From Syntrophales bacterium (GTDB lineage Bacteria; Desulfobacterota; Syntrophia; Syntrophales; UBA4778), in contig CAXXQE010000006.1 in the NCBI GenBank assembly GCA_963665615.2, positions 372,001 through 436,000 of the forward strand: a stretch of DNA of 64,000 nt, written 5' to 3'. Each line of letters opens with the position of its first letter. The stretch's first letter is position 1. The position numbers and the translations under genes are program-made. Below are positions 9,659 to 19,502 of this stretch, one piece after another. The notes under the pieces are model-generated. The model was not told the DNA's origin and searched no databases. It saw nothing but the letters and a program-made list of their open reading frames with translations.

Positions 9659-9676
9659 AAGCAAAAGCTGCGCCAA
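9659..9676 (-). promoter_or_regulatory. Sigma-54 (-24/-12) promoter of the mutase operon
   Basis: Minus strand reads TTGGCGCAGCTTTTGCTT = GG-N10-GC consensus, next to a divergent bEBP gene. Confidence 0.85.
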
Positions 9677-9852
9677 ATCGTGTAGAAGATTTTATGAAAT
9701 ACACCAAACGGATAGTTTCCGATTCAATCTATAAGGATATTGTTTAATATTTTCAAATTACAGGAGAATATGGCCAGGCATTTGAACCAAACCATCCAAA
9801 CGTTTCACTGCCGTCTGTGTTCAATCGGATTGCAAGCTGGACCGCCTATAAA

Positions 9853-9890
9853 ATAGTGATATATCGTCGTCAATGGCGATATATCACTAT
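9853..9890. promoter_or_regulatory. Inverted repeat, candidate enhancer (UAS) for the adjacent bEBP
   Basis: ATAGTGATATATCG-N10-CGATATATCACTAT, perfect 14-bp arms about 180-215 bp upstream of the -24 element. Confidence 0.55.
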
Positions 9891-9896
9891 AGAGAA

Positions 9897-9925
9897 TTGA
9901 CTTCTATTTCGCACAATGTTATGAA
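9897..9925 (+). promoter_or_regulatory. Candidate sigma-70 promoter of the bEBP gene
   Basis: TTGACT-N17-TATGAA with a TG extension. Confidence 0.45.
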
Positions 9926-9940
9926 ATATGAAGATGAACA

Positions 9941-10054
9941 TTGGAGATTCAGCGGAACAAGTGCCGGTAAATCTCCGACCCATAACAAATACATTTTGCT
10001 TTGATTCGCTCGCCTACCCCGCGCAAGCTAGTGGGCGCTCGCGAAAAGATTCAG
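9941..10054 (+). repeat. Family F palindromic repeat (diverged copy)
   Basis: GGAGATTCAGCGGAACAAGTGCCGGTAAATCTCCGA...GATTCGCTCGCCTACCCC...GCGCTCGC. Confidence 0.75.
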
Positions 10055-10064
10055 AAGGACATTG

Positions 10065-13000
10065 ATGAGAGAAACCACTCCCCCTTTCGAACCGAGATTG
10101 CCCTATTATTTAGGCATTTCAGCTTTGTTTCATTCAGATTTTTCCATCGATTGGCTTCAGGCCTTAACGGGATCCAAAGCATCGGCGATTCTGGCAGCTC
10201 TGGACGCAGGCGTTAAGGACAGGATCCTGATTGGCAAGGAAAACGGATTTTTCTGCTTTACCGACCCCGCGAAGAAAAAAGAATATCTTGATGTTCTGGA
10301 TATCGAGGAAAAGAAACACCTTCACAGGAAGGCGGCAGATATTCTTCTCGGCGATATTTCATATGAAGACAAGAACCAGATCTTGTCTCTGTCCCATCAT
10401 CTCCTTGAAATAGAAAACAGCACAGAGACCTGCCGTTTGCTGGTTCAGGCGGGAGATATCTATGCATCGGCATTCCTGGCAGAAGAGGCCTTTCGCTGCT
10501 ATGAAAAAGCTCTTTCCGACCTGGCCCGCGCGGACAGAACGGAATCGTATCGACTTTTTGTAGAAACGGCCTTCAAGTATTCCAAGACCTCATCGGTCTA
10601 TTGCGATACAACGCAGATCCTGTCAGTTCTTAAGCAAGCCTCGGCCATGGCCGAAGCAGAACATATGACGCATTATCAGCCGCTGCTCCTCATGCATCTG
10701 GCCAAAACAGAGTGGCTCCGTTCCAATTACACGATGGCGCTCAGGGTTTTTGAGCAGGGACAGCATCTCGCAGAAAAAATCAATGATCCAAAACTGAGGC
10801 GGCAGGCCAAAGTATTCGGGGCTTTTTTTCTGTACTGGCAGGGGAAATATCGGGAGGCCGTTATTTCGTATGAACAATCCCTCGCCGATATCGATCAATT
10901 TCCCGAAGGTTCCTTCCCGCTCCTGGCCACCATTACCGTCGGTTACTGTTATACACAGATCGGCCAGACCTCACAGGGGCTTGGAATGCTGCATTCGATA
11001 CACCGGCATTGTCTGGAAAAAGGAAACGACTACCTGGCGTCTGTTGCAAGTTACAGCATCGGGGCAGCCTTATTGAATCTGAACCAGGTCGATGAAGCCT
11101 TGAGGTATTTTAAGGATTCTTTTAAGGAAGCACGAAAGAAGCGTAACGAATACAGCTTAATGCTCGGTTCTGTCTGCCTGGCGTATATTTATTACCTGAA
11201 AAATAATAAAAAAAGATCAGCCTTTTATCTCCGCAAATTTCTCGACCACAGCGAACGGCGTCAGGCGATGGTGTTGCGCGATAATCTCTATTTGATGGAA
11301 TTATCCCGTGCCATTGCAAAAGGAGGATACCCCACGATCGGCGGCTTGAGTCTGGCCGGCGAGATCAAGCGGGCCCTCCAGGATAAAAATGTTTTTATCA
11401 AAGGGGTGGCCTACCGTTATCTGGCTGAATTTCAGATAAGCAATCAAGCGGACGCCCGGGTTATCTTTGACTCCTTCAAGAAATCTTTGCGTTGGCTGAA
11501 TCAGTCCGGACAGCAGATTGAATTGGCAAAAACTCGCATTTCGCTGGCACGTCATTATTTAAAAACCGGCAAGTTTAGTAAAGCCAAGGAACAAATAAAA
11601 TCAGCTGTAGAAAATGGTACGCCGGAGTTGCAGTCTCTGGTTCCGGACGAGTTCAGGCCCCTTCTCAGAAACCAGGACCCCGGAGAGTATCTGCTCGAAA
11701 CTATTTATAATCTTGGGCAGGAAATTGTGGCCATAACGGAAAGCAATGACCTGTTTCAGCATATTATTGCAACCGTCAATCGCATTACCGGCGCTGAAAG
11801 AGGCGCGCTATTTGTGTGCGATCAAGATACTGCCTTTCCGCAGTTTCGGTTGCGCGCCTCAAAAAATATTACGGCTGAAGAAATCGATCATCCCGATTTT
11901 CGTTCATCTCTGGATATGATCAGCAACGCTGCGGCAACGCGAAAGGGGCTCTTCCTCGGTCCGGTTTCTGATTCGGGCGAGAACCACTTTGAGAAAATAT
12001 ATTCCCGAATGTGCGTCCCGTTGATTCTAAAAAATGAATTGATCGGCGTTCTTTATCACGACAATCGCCTTCTGAATCATGCATTCGAGGAATCCGATTT
12101 GAAACTGCTCGCCCATTTCGGCGCATTTGCCGCATTCGCCATCGCCAATTCGGAATGGACCGAGCAGCACAATCGCATTCATCGAAAACTCCTGGCCGAG
12201 AAATTATACTTTGAAGACCAGGATCTCCGGAATGTCCGTTACGAAAATATCATCGGGGAAAGCCCGGCCATGAAAAGAGTATTTTCTTTAATTGATCAAG
12301 TTGCCGGTACCAGCACGACGGTCCTGATTGAAGGCGAAACCGGGGTTGGCAAGGAATTGATCGCCCGGGCAATATATCGCCAGAGTCCGCGCATGAACAA
12401 GTCCTTCGTCCGCGTCCACTGCAATGCCTTGCCGGAGAGCCTGATTCCGAGCGAACTCTTCGGGCATGAGAAGGGCGCCTTTACCGGGGCCGTTGCGCGG
12501 CGTATCGGACGTTTTGAACTGGCCGATGAAGGAACGCTCTTTCTGGACGAAATCGGTGAGCTGCCTCAGGATATTCAGGTTCGACTGCTCCGGGTCTTGC
12601 AAACCCGGGAGTTTGAGCGGGTCGGAGGAAGCGAAACGATTCGTTCCGATTTCCGTCTCATTGTGGCGACGAACCGGAATCTCAAGGAAGAAGTTGCGGC
12701 CGGAAGATTCCGTGCAGATTTGTATTACCGGTTGAATGTGTTTCCGATTTCGGTACCGCCGTTACGGGACAGGAAAGAGGATCTACAACAGCTTATACGC
12801 CATTTCGTGAACATATTTGCCTCACAGCGGGGAAAGTCTTTCGAAGGAATTTCCGAGTCGACGATGAGCCGACTCATGCAATACAACTGGCCTGGAAATG
12901 TTCGAGAACTGGAGAATATTATCGAGCGGGCGGTCATCCTGAGCAAAGGACCGTTTATCGATATTCCCGAACTGGAGGGCGCCCGTTCCGACGAGCTGCC

Positions 13001-13205
13001 ACATTTTACGGCGCGCAGGCCCACCCTCAAAGACAACGAACGGGGTCATATCCTGTGGGCGCTTCAGAAAACCGGATGGAAGATTCACGGTCCGGGAGGT
13101 GCCGCCGAACTGCTGGATATCCATCCTTCTACATTAAATTCCAGGATGAAAAAACTGAAAATCACCCGGTCTAAAACGTCCTTGCATCCCGGGAAATCGA
13201 TTTAA
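10065..13205 (+). CDS. Sigma-54-dependent enhancer-binding protein with TPR-like N-terminus, GAF, AAA+ and Fis-type HTH
   Basis: [38 protein letters not shown]-terminal [13 protein letters not shown]. Confidence 0.95.
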   Translation: MRETTPPFEPRLPYYLGISALFHSDFSIDWLQALTGSKASAILAALDAGVKDRILIGKENGFFCFTDPAKKKEYLDVLDIEEKKHLHRKAADILLGDISYEDKNQILSLSHHLLEIENSTETCRLLVQAGDIYASAFLAEEAFRCYEKALSDLARADRTESYRLFVETAFKYSKTSSVYCDTTQILSVLKQASAMAEAEHMTHYQPLLLMHLAKTEWLRSNYTMALRVFEQGQHLAEKINDPKLRRQAKVFGAFFLYWQGKYREAVISYEQSLADIDQFPEGSFPLLATITVGYCYTQIGQTSQGLGMLHSIHRHCLEKGNDYLASVASYSIGAALLNLNQVDEALRYFKDSFKEARKKRNEYSLMLGSVCLAYIYYLKNNKKRSAFYLRKFLDHSERRQAMVLRDNLYLMELSRAIAKGGYPTIGGLSLAGEIKRALQDKNVFIKGVAYRYLAEFQISNQADARVIFDSFKKSLRWLNQSGQQIELAKTRISLARHYLKTGKFSKAKEQIKSAVENGTPELQSLVPDEFRPLLRNQDPGEYLLETIYNLGQEIVAITESNDLFQHIIATVNRITGAERGALFVCDQDTAFPQFRLRASKNITAEEIDHPDFRSSLDMISNAAATRKGLFLGPVSDSGENHFEKIYSRMCVPLILKNELIGVLYHDNRLLNHAFEESDLKLLAHFGAFAAFAIANSEWTEQHNRIHRKLLAEKLYFEDQDLRNVRYENIIGESPAMKRVFSLIDQVAGTSTTVLIEGETGVGKELIARAIYRQSPRMNKSFVRVHCNALPESLIPSELFGHEKGAFTGAVARRIGRFELADEGTLFLDEIGELPQDIQVRLLRVLQTREFERVGGSETIRSDFRLIVATNRNLKEEVAAGRFRADLYYRLNVFPISVPPLRDRKEDLQQLIRHFVNIFASQRGKSFEGISESTMSRLMQYNWPGNVRELENIIERAVILSKGPFIDIPELEGARSDELPHFTARRPTLKDNERGHILWALQKTGWKIHGPGGAAELLDIHPSTLNSRMKKLKITRSKTSLHPGKSI

Positions 13206-13303
13206 AGGAACAAGAAGGCAGGCACCGTCAAAGACGGATGTGATAAACCGGATGTACGCTCTATTGAAAATAACGGGGCATGCCTATTTGGACGGACATG
13301 TTG

Positions 13304-13459
13304 TGATGGCCTCGTAAAAAGTCAAGACTTGAAGCATGAAAAGAGGATGGCGGCACGGTTCTCTGCCGCCAGAAATCTTTTTCCGGCGCGTTCGAGCCCC
13401 ATCCCGTCAGCCTCTTGCTTCATGATTGACGCGTGATTTGACTTTTTGCGGAACCATCA
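13304..13459. mobile_element. MITE-like element with TGATGG..CGTAAAAAGTC terminal inverted repeats
   Basis: Starts TGATGGCCTCGTAAAAAGTCAA and ends TTGACTTTTTGCGGAACCATCA; the interior is the reverse complement of the interior of 61291..61488. Confidence 0.8.
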
Positions 13460-13495
13460 ATAGTAACAGGAAAACAACCGGAAAGGAGAAGGATT

Positions 13496-13858
13496 ATGAA
13501 GAAGGTTATGGTTTGTGCGTTGGGGCTGAGTTTTCTGTTTTGTTCGATGGCGCTGGCCGTTGATAAGGCGGCCGTGCCGGCAACGGACCAGCTCAAGGGA
13601 GCTGCAGTAAAAGAAGCCGACAGCACCAAGGCTGACGCCCAGAAGATGGCGGCTGATAAGAAAGAGTCCGGCGAGAAAAAAATAGCAAGCAAGAAAGCGG
13701 TTGCTGAAAAGAAAGTCGCGGACAAGAAAGCGGCTTCTGAAAAAAAGTGCGCTGAGAAAAAAGCTGTTGCTGAAAACAAGGCGACGGAGAAGAAGGATGC
13801 GGCCCAAAAAGCTGTCGATGAAAAGACCGCACCCCTTACAGTTCCCGCAGTGAAATAA
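13496..13858 (+). CDS. Secreted Lys/Ala/Glu-rich low-complexity protein
   Basis: GGAGAAGGA RBS, signal peptide (MKK..ALA), repeated KKAVAEKK-like units. Confidence 0.8.
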   Translation: MKKVMVCALGLSFLFCSMALAVDKAAVPATDQLKGAAVKEADSTKADAQKMAADKKESGEKKIASKKAVAEKKVADKKAASEKKCAEKKAVAENKATEKKDAAQKAVDEKTAPLTVPAVK

Positions 13859-13903
13859 CCGCACCAGAATTCGTGTAAAGCAACGAGCAGGATCGACTAT
13901 CCG

Positions 13904-14022
13904 TTGAAGACTCACCGGAGCAAGCTCCGGCGAATCTCCGATTCCCAGGGAAGATGTTTAGTCCTGATTCGCTCGCTTACCCCGCCGCAAGCAGCGGGGA
14001 ATGCGCTCGCGGAAGAATTCAA
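13904..14022 (+). repeat. Family F palindromic repeat (well-preserved copy)
   Basis: TTGAAGACTCACCGGAGCAAGCTCCGGCGAATCTCCGATTCC...CCCGCCGCAAGCAGCGGGGAATGCGCTCGC...GAATTCAA. Confidence 0.9.
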
Positions 14023-14026
14023 AAAG

Positions 14027-14060
14027 AGAAAGGCAGAGTCATGACGGACTCTGCCTTTCT
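14027..14060. terminator. Probable bidirectional intrinsic terminator
   Basis: AGAAAGGCAGAGTC/GACTCTGCCTTTCT stem between convergent genes. Confidence 0.7.
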
Positions 14061-14099
14061 TTGATTAATAAATTTTTAAAGTGCGCTTTACCTTTCTGT

Positions 14100-15161
14100 C
14101 TATTTTGCCAGCTTTCTTGCCTTGGCCATCTGCTGCACCTGTTCTACGATTGTAGGCGGGATATCCGGCTGATCGGCTTTGAGCATCAGATGGATGGCTC
14201 CGGGAGCGCATCTGCGCACGCACAGACCGCAACCGATGCAGCGATCAAGGTTAATTTCCGCGATGTCGTCTTTCATGGTAATCGCGTGCATATGGCAAAT
14301 ATCCACACAGGCTTGGCAGCCAATGCATTCACTGGCCTCCACGGAGGCCTGATAATTCGACGTGACATGAGCCGCCGGTTTATCGGAGAGCTTCAAGGCC
14401 CTCAGAACCATGCAACTGTCACCGCTGCAACTGCAAAGCGCGATTGGATTTTGGGCGGCAGCCGATTGGGTCACCAGGCCCGCCTTTTCGGCATTGGTCA
14501 GGATGCTGACGGCTTCGTCCGCAGTAACCTGGCGCCCCAGCTTCGTGTCAATATAATATTTCGCCATTGGTCCAAACATGAAGCAGGTCTCCATAGGCTG
14601 GCCAGTGTCCTTGCCCAGCGCAGCCTGCTCTTTACGGCAGTAACAATCGGCGACCGCGATCAGGTTCTGCGAGCGCAGATACTGTACCGCATCATTAAAG
14701 GTGGCAATCGTCTGCTTGGCATCCAGAGCTTCCTGCACGGGAATTGTCCGCATAAAGTTAGGCGTGGAAAAGAGAACGGCATTGCCAAAAGCTTCGGCAA
14801 AATAAGCCTCATACATCTCGGCCAGTTCCTTGCCTATGGTATGGATCTGAAATTCGAGAACGCCATGAACAAACTGGAAGGCACTGTATCGGGTTACGCC
14901 CCCCTTTTCCATGCTGAATAGCAGCCCTCTGTCGCGCATGTCTTTCAGTTGAGCCGCTGTCTGAGCCGCATCGCGGCCGAGACGAGCCGCAATATCCTCC
15001 GCCGTTTCCAGCTTCTGTGACAGGGACAACGTAAGTTCCGCATCCGCTTCGGAAAATAAGGCCTTCAGAATTTTCAACTCAATGCCGGATTCAGTCGGAG
15101 GGAACCCGACAGAGAGCGTATCGAGATATTGTTGTAGTTTTCTGTACAATTCGTCTGACAT
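14100..15161 (-). CDS. Uncharacterised 4Fe-4S protein (N-terminal wHTH-like region, Cys-rich core, 2x[4Fe-4S] ferredoxin domain)
   Basis: DCYCRK, ETCFMFG, LCSCSGDSC, CIGCQACVDIC, CIGCGLCVRRC. Confidence 0.85.
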   Translation of the reverse strand: MSDELYRKLQQYLDTLSVGFPPTESGIELKILKALFSEADAELTLSLSQKLETAEDIAARLGRDAAQTAAQLKDMRDRGLLFSMEKGGVTRYSAFQFVHGVLEFQIHTIGKELAEMYEAYFAEAFGNAVLFSTPNFMRTIPVQEALDAKQTIATFNDAVQYLRSQNLIAVADCYCRKEQAALGKDTGQPMETCFMFGPMAKYYIDTKLGRQVTADEAVSILTNAEKAGLVTQSAAAQNPIALCSCSGDSCMVLRALKLSDKPAAHVTSNYQASVEASECIGCQACVDICHMHAITMKDDIAEINLDRCIGCGLCVRRCAPGAIHLMLKADQPDIPPTIVEQVQQMAKARKLAK

Positions 15162-15185
15162 TTTTAACCTCTTATTTTATATGTT

Positions 15186-15300
15186 TATTAATCGTCTCAT
15201 AATTGGTTTCACTTTGTCATTCCCGAGAAGGCGGGAAACCAGTGATTGCTGGATGCCGTATCAAGTCCGGCATGCCAATACTATTCTGAGACAGTTAATA
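15186..15300. mobile_element. MITE-like shell carrying a REP-type palindrome
   Basis: Ends TATTAATCGTCTCATAAT / ATTCTGAGACAGTTAATA; interior GTCATTCCCGAGAAGGCGGGAA...CTGGATGCCGTATCAAGTCCGGCATG. Confidence 0.65.
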
Positions 15301-15323
15301 TATCCTGGCAAAATTTTTTTCGA

Positions 15324-16391
15324 TTAGCCCTTCTGCTTCTTCAATCTATTAATTTCATCGTAGGTATCGAAAATAGACGGCAGAGGCGTATAGATTTTAT
15401 CATCGTCTTTTTTCAGAAGGATGTTGGCCTTCGCCTCACAGGTCGAAACGCAAAGTCCGCAGCCGATGCACAACTCCGGCTTATAGATCATCTTGCCGTC
15501 CTCCATGCGTCGCGCCCGGGGTGGACAGCGTTTTACACAAACCCCGCTATTCGTGCACCGGGAGGCGTCGTGCTTGCAGACGTAATTGCTGACAAACCGG
15601 CGGCCGGTGTCCGTTGTCTTCCTTAACAGCGACAGGATGATGCAATGACAGGGGCAGCAGGAACACATGATCTCGACATCCTGGGAGTTCATGACCTCGA
15701 TGACCGCTCCGTTGGCTTCGTTTTTCTTGATGATCTCGATAGCTTCTTCCTTGGTGATGTAACGGGCAATTCCATTGCCGACAAAGAAATCGGCCCATGT
15801 ATCGCACTGAAGGCAGGTTTCCATGGGCTGGGTGCACTCAGACCCCATTATTTTCCCTGTTTGACGACAGATGCAGTTGGCAACGGAAATGCGATCCTTG
15901 CTTTTTAGAATCGCAATCGCATCGTCGATCGGAAGAATCCGGTTTTCAGCGACCACCTCTTCCGAAACAGGCACATACCGCAGCATGGGCAGTTCTTTGA
16001 TGATGCCCGTGTTTCTCAAACCAGCCATTAAATATTCGCCGGCATTCTTGAGGTACTCCTTGCTGAGATGATCCACCTGGATATCCATGATGCCGATCAA
16101 AAACGGAAGCACCCGATATTTATTAGGTGCGCCTCCCTCGCCGCGAATACGGAAAAGAAGACCTTTTTGAGACATCCACAACATCCGTGCGCCTACGGTG
16201 GGCTCATCCTCTCCCAAGGCCTTCGCCACCTCCGAGGGGAACTGGTATCCATCGCCCATAGCCAGATACGTTTTGGCCTCATCTTCGGTAAAGAGCTGCT
16301 TCAGCAACCGAATCTCTGACTTTCCTTCCGTAGCAGGAAAACCCACTGTCATCTCGTCCAGCCGTGCCCTCAACTTCTCATAAATATCCAT
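15324..16391 (-). CDS. Uncharacterised 4Fe-4S protein, paralog of 14100..15161
   Basis: Same N-terminus (YEKLR..LD...VGFP.TE), NCICRQ, MCSCCPCHC, CIGCGLCVSTC. Confidence 0.85.
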   Translation of the reverse strand: MDIYEKLRARLDEMTVGFPATEGKSEIRLLKQLFTEDEAKTYLAMGDGYQFPSEVAKALGEDEPTVGARMLWMSQKGLLFRIRGEGGAPNKYRVLPFLIGIMDIQVDHLSKEYLKNAGEYLMAGLRNTGIIKELPMLRYVPVSEEVVAENRILPIDDAIAILKSKDRISVANCICRQTGKIMGSECTQPMETCLQCDTWADFFVGNGIARYITKEEAIEIIKKNEANGAVIEVMNSQDVEIMCSCCPCHCIILSLLRKTTDTGRRFVSNYVCKHDASRCTNSGVCVKRCPPRARRMEDGKMIYKPELCIGCGLCVSTCEAKANILLKKDDDKIYTPLPSIFDTYDEINRLKKQKG

Positions 16392-16446
16392 TTTAAACCT
16401 CTTATTTTCTTTTTTGTTTGAAGATTCTCAAGGTAGATAAGTTGTC

Positions 16447-16498
16447 CTTTAGCGCTCTTATGCCCCGCGGCAAGCAGCGGGGCATAAGAGTGCTAAAG
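16447..16498. repeat. Long hairpin containing the family F CCGC-GCAAGC-AGCGG core
   Basis: CTTTAGCGCTCTTATGCCCCGC-GGCAAGCA-GCGGGGCATAAGAGTGCTAAAG. Confidence 0.65.
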
Positions 16499-16610
16499 AA
16501 TTAAATACTTCGCTGTAGTCTCTTTTTGATGAAACGCCTCACCGGTTGCGTTACTCTAGTTTCTACTGATCTTACTGTCAACCAGAAACTATAAACGACA
16601 ACCCGCATCA

Positions 16611-17432
16611 TCAACTGAGGTCAACCAGTTCGTCTATATCCTGAATGGCCTTATCCACGTAGCCCGGATCGGTAAAGGTAACCTTGATGGCGCCCGTCGG
16701 ACAAGCCAGGGCACAGCGACCGCATCCACGGCAGATCTCTTGATCGATGACCGCATGATCATCAACCATGCTGATGGCTCTCACAAAACAATGGTCATTG
16801 ACGCATTCACCGCAACCCGTGCACGCCTCCACATCGACGGTCACGGCAACACCCGGCACACCGCTGATCTTGCTGCTGATCCTGTCCGGAATATCCGGCA
16901 GGATTTTCCATAGACAGCAGCATTCGCAGCAATTGCATACCGTCACGAATTTCTCGGGCGGATTGACATCCCATATCACTGCATCCAGTCTGTTGCGGCC
17001 GATCATATGGATCAGGCCGGCCTCGCGACATTTCCGCGCATGCTCCAGGGCTTCATCAACCGTCACGACACGCCCTATCTCCGGACCGACATTCAACGCC
17101 GCCTCCCCGAGGAAAAGGCATCCCAGGTCGTGAGGGTACTTCTTGCAATCGCATCCATCCCGGCAGATACACCGGTTCATGATATAGTGGTGCTTTGCCT
17201 TCCGGATGAAATGATCCAGGATATCGGAAGGAACCACCGTACTGCCGGGGCTTTCCACAGACACCTCGATCGTAACCACTTCATTGCGGGGAAGATAATA
17301 TACTTTGTCACCTTGGAACAATAGCGCCTCGATCTCCTCGATCTTGGTTGGCGTATTGAGGTCTGTGACTAATTGTTTTACATTCTCGGTGTTTGCCGCC
17401 ACCATCGCTTTGTATTCTTCTAATTTTCTCAT
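16611..17432 (-). CDS. Uncharacterised 4Fe-4S dicluster protein (same Cys-rich core, shorter N-terminus)
   Basis: RCICRDGCDC, GCLFLG, VCNCCECCC, CTGCGEC, CRGCGRCALACP. Confidence 0.85.
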   Translation of the reverse strand: MRKLEEYKAMVAANTENVKQLVTDLNTPTKIEEIEALLFQGDKVYYLPRNEVVTIEVSVESPGSTVVPSDILDHFIRKAKHHYIMNRCICRDGCDCKKYPHDLGCLFLGEAALNVGPEIGRVVTVDEALEHARKCREAGLIHMIGRNRLDAVIWDVNPPEKFVTVCNCCECCCLWKILPDIPDRISSKISGVPGVAVTVDVEACTGCGECVNDHCFVRAISMVDDHAVIDQEICRGCGRCALACPTGAIKVTFTDPGYVDKAIQDIDELVDLS

Positions 17433-17659
17433 TGCCTGTCCCCTTTTTCTCGGCTCCAAACAGTCTTCTCTTTTATTTCCTTACCGGCTCACTCGGTTCC
17501 ATGATAAACAGTCATCTCGGAACCTCAGCAAATAAGCATTATGCAATCGGAACCACAAAGAGATATTTTAGCTGAAATGGCTGGAAGACCGTCATCTATT
17601 CTGCAACATCAGAAGCCGGCTCCTCCGTATTGGCGGCATTACATACACTTCAGCACTGG

Positions 17660-17848
17660 CTAGTGCAGTGTCCCATTAATACCTTTATTAAATGCCATTT
17701 CGCTTGTCCCGAGGCCGTTGTCGGCGAGCGAAGCGAGAAATCTTAATTCATTGAAGACTCACCAGAGCAAGCTCCGTCGAGTCTCCGAGCGAAAAGAGAT
17801 ATCTCCCTTCGGTCGATATGACAACTTATTTTTGAGACACTACACTAG
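17660..17848. mobile_element. CTAG-flanked MITE-like shell with nested repeats
   Basis: CTAGTGCAGTGTCCCA...TGAGACACTACACTAG; contains a REP-like element, the 24-bp mini-hairpin (17702..17725) and a partial family F copy (17751..17788). Confidence 0.75.
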
Positions 17849-17910
17849 ATCTCACTTACAAAGACCGTATGAGGTATGGAGCCGGACAACCGATATTTCT
17901 CCCACAGATG

Positions 17911-18696
17911 TCAGGGAAACAGAAAATCGAGAATCTTATCAATTTCTTTGGCAGCTGTTCGCTTCTCTATCGGCCGACCCTCAAGGCATGACTCAAAGAT
18001 CTCGCCGTCCATTGGGATCGTTCCAATCACCTTGAGACCAAGCGGCGTTAACCTGGCCGTCAAACGGTCGGCGATGTTTTGGGAGGGGATCTTGTTCAAC
18101 ACGACCCAGACATCGGCAATCCGGATCTGGTCCGCCATTGCACTGATGCGTTCGGCGAGCTGCACCGAGTCTATCGAGGGATCGACAACAACGATCACGC
18201 AATCAACACCGGTCTCTACCCCGCGCCCAAAATGCTCGACCCCCGCCTCGAGATCCACAATGGCCACTTCATCCGGCTCCAGTTGCAGCATGTTCAGGAA
18301 GGAGCGACTAACAATGCCCATCGGACAGCCGCAGCCTTCAAGAGACATCAATATCTTGCCGACCTCCACCAGCCTGACACCGTTGACCTCAAAAATGTAC
18401 TCCGGTGGAATATCCTTGGTTGCGATAGCACTTTTCAGCAACTGAACCGATTCCTCCGATACGCCGGCGGAAATAAGTTCAGTCAGTTCCGATTCTATTT
18501 TTTCTTTTCCTCCAAAAAGATCGAGGAGCGGTCTGGGGGGATGATCAAGTCCCAGCATGCGTGACAACCCCGTATTGGATTCATCGGCATCCACAATAAG
18601 CGCTCGGCGCCCGCGGGCACTCAGTCCATCGGCCAGCAACCGTGACGTTACGCTCTTCCCACATCCACCTTTACCGCAAATCGCTATTTTCTGCAT
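17911..18696 (-). CDS. CooC/AcsF-like nickel-insertion ATPase (MinD/ParA family)
   Basis: Deviant Walker A GKGGCGKS, DADESN, EGCGCPMG (CxC), VDLEAGVEHFGRG. Confidence 0.85.
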   Translation of the reverse strand: MQKIAICGKGGCGKSVTSRLLADGLSARGRRALIVDADESNTGLSRMLGLDHPPRPLLDLFGGKEKIESELTELISAGVSEESVQLLKSAIATKDIPPEYIFEVNGVRLVEVGKILMSLEGCGCPMGIVSRSFLNMLQLEPDEVAIVDLEAGVEHFGRGVETGVDCVIVVVDPSIDSVQLAERISAMADQIRIADVWVVLNKIPSQNIADRLTARLTPLGLKVIGTIPMDGEIFESCLEGRPIEKRTAAKEIDKILDFLFP

Positions 18697-19354
18697 TCTG
18701 TTTCTCCCGTTCTCTTCTTAATCTTCCGCGCCGCGAAATGGGAACTTCCCTCTTTTTACTTCCTTTAGGAACAAACCAGTTTTTGATTCGTTTCGGGTTG
18801 CGCCGGGCCGGCGGCAACGGGCCGTCCATCGCGAAAGCCCTGTATATGCCGGTCAGCATGTCATCGATTCCGTTCACCAGGCCTATGACGGCCAGACCTG
18901 CCGTATCATTTACAAACGCCTCATAGGTCTCGTAGAGATCCCAATAACCGACCTTGTACGCATGCAGGAAGACCTCGTCAGGGGCATAATCTTCCATGAT
19001 CTGCTGCATGATGTCCCGCTTCAATTCCTCCGGGAGCGCGGATAGCAAGAGATAGTGGGAGTAAATCCGCTTCTCCGGCAATTGGTCCTCATAAAGAAAA
19101 GCGACGACAATCTCTTCGAAGGCCTCGTCGCCCCCTTTTTCGGCACCGATCACCAGCATCTCAGTGATCCGCTCGATGAATTTTTCCAGATTAGGGAATT
19201 GCGCGGTGTATTGCCGATTGTAGATATTTTCCAGTGTACTCTCTGAGCGCAATGCAGAGGCGATGATGGCGGGAAGTCGGTCTTGCACAATGGCCTTGTA
19301 ACCGTCAGGCCACAGCTTTTCCTCATAGCCCTCATCTTCGGGCATAAAATGCAT
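18671..19354 (-). CDS. Hypothetical protein made of two internal ~55-aa repeats
   Basis: AAGGTGG RBS; overlaps the cooC-like start; the two halves align without gaps by eye. Confidence 0.7.
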   Translation of the reverse strand: MHFMPEDEGYEEKLWPDGYKAIVQDRLPAIIASALRSESTLENIYNRQYTAQFPNLEKFIERITEMLVIGAEKGGDEAFEEIVVAFLYEDQLPEKRIYSHYLLLSALPEELKRDIMQQIMEDYAPDEVFLHAYKVGYWDLYETYEAFVNDTAGLAVIGLVNGIDDMLTGIYRAFAMDGPLPPARRNPKRIKNWFVPKGSKKREVPISRRGRLRREREKQNAENSDLR

Positions 19355-19502
19355 ATAAATCCACCTTAAACAATGCTGGCGTCGGCTGTATCATTTTTAA
19401 AAACCAGTTATCGATTTACCAGCGCCGTTCGCGTATGGGATCTGACGCTTTTTCCATTCGTCACCCGTTACCTGATACTTGTCACTGCGGCATTAGCCGC
19501 TG

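Noticed and set aside
9512..9660. Cobalamin riboswitch upstream of the mutase operon
   Set aside because: No B12-box or conserved core was recognised by eye, and the leader is short and AT-rich. An Rfam scan would settle it.
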